Shown: piece by piece, positions 32,396-34,985 of the stretch
Layout of the letters: each line of letters starts with the position of its first letter
Position numbering within the stretch: position 1 is the first letter of the stretch
Assembly: GCA_035937605.1 (NCBI GenBank)
Contig: DASZHU010000146.1
Span: 1-34,985 of the forward strand
DNA length: 34,985 nucleotides
DNA from: Acidimicrobiales bacterium
GTDB lineage: Bacteria; Actinomycetota; Acidimicrobiia; Acidimicrobiales; JACDCH01
Direction: 5' to 3'
Translations under genes and position numbers: made by a program
The notes under the pieces: generated by a model
Seen by the model: only the letters and a program-made list of their open reading frames with translations
Told to the model about the DNA's origin: nothing
The model's database searches: none

Positions 32396-34060
32396 CTACA
32401 AGGTGCCCCTACGTGCAGGTCGTCGCCGAACGGACAACCGCATGAGCAGCGCCAGCGCGATCAGCGCGAACGGTGGCAGCAGTGAGGTGGCCGTACCAGT
32501 ACGGACGAGTGCCGGTACGCCCACAGTCGTGACCGGAGTCGGCGTCGCCGGCGGCGCCGACACCGCCACCACCGCGGCGAGCGGCTGCCCGTAGGCCGGC
32601 GGCGAATACGTCGGGCACGGCGCGTTCGGCTGCCCGAAGCGAACGCTTGCCGCGCACACCCGCGTCATGAGGTCGATCGCGTCCGGCGGCAGCAGCCACC
32701 CGTCGGCCACGGCCTGGTCGGTGCGCGCCTTCATCAGCGCGTAGTACTTGGCGTGCGAGCCGTAGAGCGACTGGATCTGTTGGTCGCTGAACGGGGCCGT
32801 GATGCCGCCCAGCTGACAGATCGTCGACACGTAGTGCGCGACCGGCACGTCGATCGGCGGCATCCGGATCCCGCCGAGCGTGTTGCCGTACTGATCCGCC
32901 GCGAGCTTGCCCTGGGAGAAGGCAAACCGCGGCCCGTTGGGTGGAGGGGTGCCGCTCGCCACCCATTGGTTGAGCTCGTGGATCGCGGCGGAGTCGGCGT
33001 AGTGCATCGGCAACGTCGCGCCCGCCGCGGTGCAGACCGCGAGGAGCGGGTTGATGACCTCGCCGTAGTTGCCTGCTGCCTTCATCGTGGCGTCGAACTG
33101 AGCGGCGGTCTGCTTTGCCGCGCCGGCCAGCACGCGAGGGCCGTGACCGAACTCGGATTGGTAGCCGATGAAGTAGTCGGCGTGCGACGCGCCGGCGATC
33201 TCCCACAGGCGGTAGTTCGGTCCGACCGTCGCGGGATCGACGCCGTCGTCCTGCGCCTCGAAGTCGCTGAGGAGATGCACTACCGGAACCGGTGCCGCGG
33301 CCCCGAACGACTTGTCGCCGGGCACGTTGCCGTGCACGAGGATCCCGTCGAGCGTGGCGACGTCCTCGGGATGCTTCGGCAGCCATTTCTGGATGTAGTC
33401 CTGGAGCTCGTTCGCGGACTGTGACTGGCCGGCCGCGAGCACGCGCTTCACGCTCGCGTGGCCGAGTGAGCCCATCGGATCGATGTCCTTCGGCGCTTTG
33501 AAGGCCCGCGCGATCTGCGTGAACATGTCGAACGCGTACGCGTCGCCGGGATGGTCGAGTGCGGCGTAGCGCGTCGGGTCCCAGACCTTCGGCGTCAGCG
33601 GCGTGCAGCAGATGCCGGCCGATTGCGCGCTCACGTGCACGTACGCGAACCCTTCGCGCATCAGCATCTGACGGGTGAGCATCGTGTCGACCGCGTTCTC
33701 GAACTGCGCCGTCACGTTCACCCAGTCGAGCAGCACCGTGCCGTTGAACTTCGCCGGATCGGTTGGACGGGTGACGATGACACGCGTCGTGTATGGCTTG
33801 GTCGTCCCGTCGAGCGCCGTAGCGGAACCCGACACGAAGTACTCGTGCTCCGCGTACCCGAACGGCGTCAGGTCGTAGTAGCTGTCCCACAGCGGATAGC
33901 CGTGCACGCCGGCCGGTGGGTCCGTGAGGGTCGGCGACGGCGTGGATGCCGGCGCGGCATGCGCCGTGGAGCGTCCACTCACGAACGCGGCCACGATGAA
34001 CAGTGCGAACACGGCCGCGAGCGAACCGCGGCTGCGCTTCGATCCCCAGATTCCAACCAT
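32396..34060 (-). CDS. Secreted, cell-wall-sorted protein with a large putative alpha/beta-hydrolase-like domain
   Basis: Signal peptide MVGIWGSKRSRGSLAAVFALFIVAAFVSGRSTAHA-A. The body resembles uncharacterised actinobacterial alpha/beta-hydrolase-domain proteins (YAEHEYFVSG....VIVTRP.DPAKFNGTVLLDWVNV). The C-terminus reads PALVRTGTATSLLPPFALIALALLMRLSVRRRPARRGTL, i.e. LxxTG + TM + basic tail. Confidence 0.75.
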   Translation of the reverse strand: MVGIWGSKRSRGSLAAVFALFIVAAFVSGRSTAHAAPASTPSPTLTDPPAGVHGYPLWDSYYDLTPFGYAEHEYFVSGSATALDGTTKPYTTRVIVTRPTDPAKFNGTVLLDWVNVTAQFENAVDTMLTRQMLMREGFAYVHVSAQSAGICCTPLTPKVWDPTRYAALDHPGDAYAFDMFTQIARAFKAPKDIDPMGSLGHASVKRVLAAGQSQSANELQDYIQKWLPKHPEDVATLDGILVHGNVPGDKSFGAAAPVPVVHLLSDFEAQDDGVDPATVGPNYRLWEIAGASHADYFIGYQSEFGHGPRVLAGAAKQTAAQFDATMKAAGNYGEVINPLLAVCTAAGATLPMHYADSAAIHELNQWVASGTPPPNGPRFAFSQGKLAADQYGNTLGGIRMPPIDVPVAHYVSTICQLGGITAPFSDQQIQSLYGSHAKYYALMKARTDQAVADGWLLPPDAIDLMTRVCAASVRFGQPNAPCPTYSPPAYGQPLAAVVAVSAPPATPTPVTTVGVPALVRTGTATSLLPPFALIALALLMRLSVRRRPARRGTL

Positions 34061-34074
34061 GGCGCGTGGCCTTG

Positions 34075-34770
34075 CTAGCAGGTTCGGCCTCGGAACGTCA
34101 CGCCGCAGATCGTCGTCTCCCCGTCGAATCCGTCGAGCTCGACTGCGTCGATGCCTTCGTGGTCAGGACCGTTCGCCGTCGCGAACACCACGGGTTGGGG
34201 CCCGAACAGGTCGTGCCACCTCTGTCGAGCTGCGTCCGGGTCGAGCACACGGACGTGCAGCCCCGCGATGGACACGGTGCCGATGTCGGCGGGCGGGCCC
34301 TCGATCCACCGCGGGCCCGCCCACCGCCACGAGGCGGGCACGACCGGCGTGTCGAAGGACACGATCGCTCCTCGCACGTCTCGAGGATGCAGGTGCGTTC
34401 CGGAGATGTCGGGCAGGTCGATCGTCCACACGGTGCGCACGCCCAGCTCCGCGGCCCGACGGCGTGCCGCGGCCGTGTCGGGTACCTGGAAGAGCGCCAT
34501 GTAGCCGGCATCACCGCCGCGCCGTTCGAGATACCGACCGGCGGTGGTGCCCTCACGGGCCGGCGACACGACCTCGAGGAAGGTGTCGCCGAGCTCGTAC
34601 ACCGCGTTGACGAGACCGAACTCGCCGACACCCGGGTCGCGGAACGGATCCCGGGCGCCGAGCGCGGCCTCGATGCGGCTGCACGCCGCATCGAGATCCC
34701 GAGCGACTAGTGCAACCTGTCGCAGACGGGGAACGGCTTCGCTCACTCCGTCATTGTGGCCGGGCACCAC
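34075..34770 (-). CDS. VOC (glyoxalase/bleomycin-resistance-fold, glyoxalase-like domain) family protein
   Basis: LRQVALVARDLDAACSRIEAALG...NAVYELGDTFLEVVSP....GGDAGYMALFQV is the typical glyoxalase-like-domain pattern. The exact start is uncertain. Confidence 0.65.
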   Translation of the reverse strand: MVPGHNDGVSEAVPRLRQVALVARDLDAACSRIEAALGARDPFRDPGVGEFGLVNAVYELGDTFLEVVSPAREGTTAGRYLERRGGDAGYMALFQVPDTAAARRRAAELGVRTVWTIDLPDISGTHLHPRDVRGAIVSFDTPVVPASWRWAGPRWIEGPPADIGTVSIAGLHVRVLDPDAARQRWHDLFGPQPVVFATANGPDHEGIDAVELDGFDGETTICGVTFRGRTC

Positions 34771-34779
34771 CCTGATCGC

Positions 34780-34802
34780 CGCGCCTCCGGGGGGAGGGCG
34801 CG
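34780..34802 (-). other. GC-rich intercistronic hairpin (9 bp with one bulge, GGGG loop)
   Basis: CGCGCCTCC-gggg-GGAG(G)GCGCG lies between the stop of the partial upstream gene (34804-34806) and the VOC start (34770). It may be a terminator or attenuator, but there is little room for a separate promoter. Confidence 0.25.
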
Positions 34803-34803
34803 G

Positions 34804-34983
34804 CTACCAGGGGGTGGGTGTCCCGAATGCGTACGAGATCGGCGCGGCGGCGCCGTTGTTGGCGGCGCAGTAGTTGTCGCGGGTTGCGCTCGTCGTGAGC
34901 GGAGGCGCGTATGCCTCCGACATCACCAGCATCTGCGCCACGCCGGTGGCGTAGTCCTCGATCGACTGTGCAACCTGCGCACG
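34804..34983 (-). CDS. C-terminal 59 aa of an unidentified protein; gene continues beyond the window
   Basis: Hand translation of the minus strand gives ...AQVAQSIEDYATGVAQMLVMSEAYAPPLTTSATRDNYCAANNGAAAPISYAFGTPTPW, then TAG at 34804-34806. Composition is non-shadow-like. Confidence 0.45.
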   Translation of the reverse strand, partial: RAQVAQSIEDYATGVAQMLVMSEAYAPPLTTSATRDNYCAANNGAAAPISYAFGTPTPW

Positions 34984-34985
34984 CG

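Noticed and set aside
1-34985. CRISPR arrays, rRNA genes, riboswitches
   Set aside because: No regularly spaced direct repeats with unique spacers and no rRNA-like conserved blocks were seen. Intergenic regions are mostly too short for known riboswitch classes, and none was recognised by eye.

Overview
This is a very GC-rich, actinobacterial-type chromosomal segment. Third codon positions are almost all G/C, and every real gene casts long Arg/Ala/Pro-rich shadow ORFs in the other frames. All calls come from reading the supplied translations and the DNA; no database search was possible.

Layout, left to right:
1. 1-2261: tail of an RsbW-like anti-sigma kinase, an acyl-CoA dehydrogenase and a crotonase.
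2. 2308-7552: the most unusual locus. Two translationally coupled IniA/IniC-like dynamin GTPases lie head-to-head with a membrane-anchored Hsp70 that has only the nucleotide-binding domain. Its C-terminus is a Pro-rich linker, a TM helix, a Ser-rich tract and a Mce-associated-membrane-protein-like ectodomain.
3. 7582-13419: housekeeping topA, an MFS gene, tmk and holB.
4. 13414-16051: a decayed accessory patch. It holds a hypothetical gene, an XRE regulator flanked by copies of a GCTACTNAT palindrome, a surface-protein gene whose sorting signal is cut off by an in-frame TGA, a frameshifted membrane-protein remnant and an oxidoreductase 3' remnant.
5. 16088-16223: tRNA-Thr(CGT), followed by a five-fold reiteration of its own 3' end.
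6. 16245-21161: an MFS transporter, a small membrane protein, a DinB-type protein, a 580-aa orphan membrane protein with an extreme Trp/Tyr/Gly-rich block, and a hidden Zn-ribbon mini-ORF.
7. 20892-26757, minus strand: a tightly packed string of small ORF, DesK-like kinase, NarL-type regulator, aldehyde dehydrogenase, GATase1, FGGY sugar kinase and the Zn-ribbon ORF.
8. 26841-34770: a tailoring-enzyme cluster (sphingosine-1-phosphate-lyase-like PLP enzyme, SRPBCC, TesB-like thioesterase, AlkB-like dioxygenase, PAPS-type sulfotransferase, PhyH dioxygenase, cell-wall-sorted secreted hydrolase, VOC protein).

I recognised no CRISPR array, rRNA, transposase or integrase.
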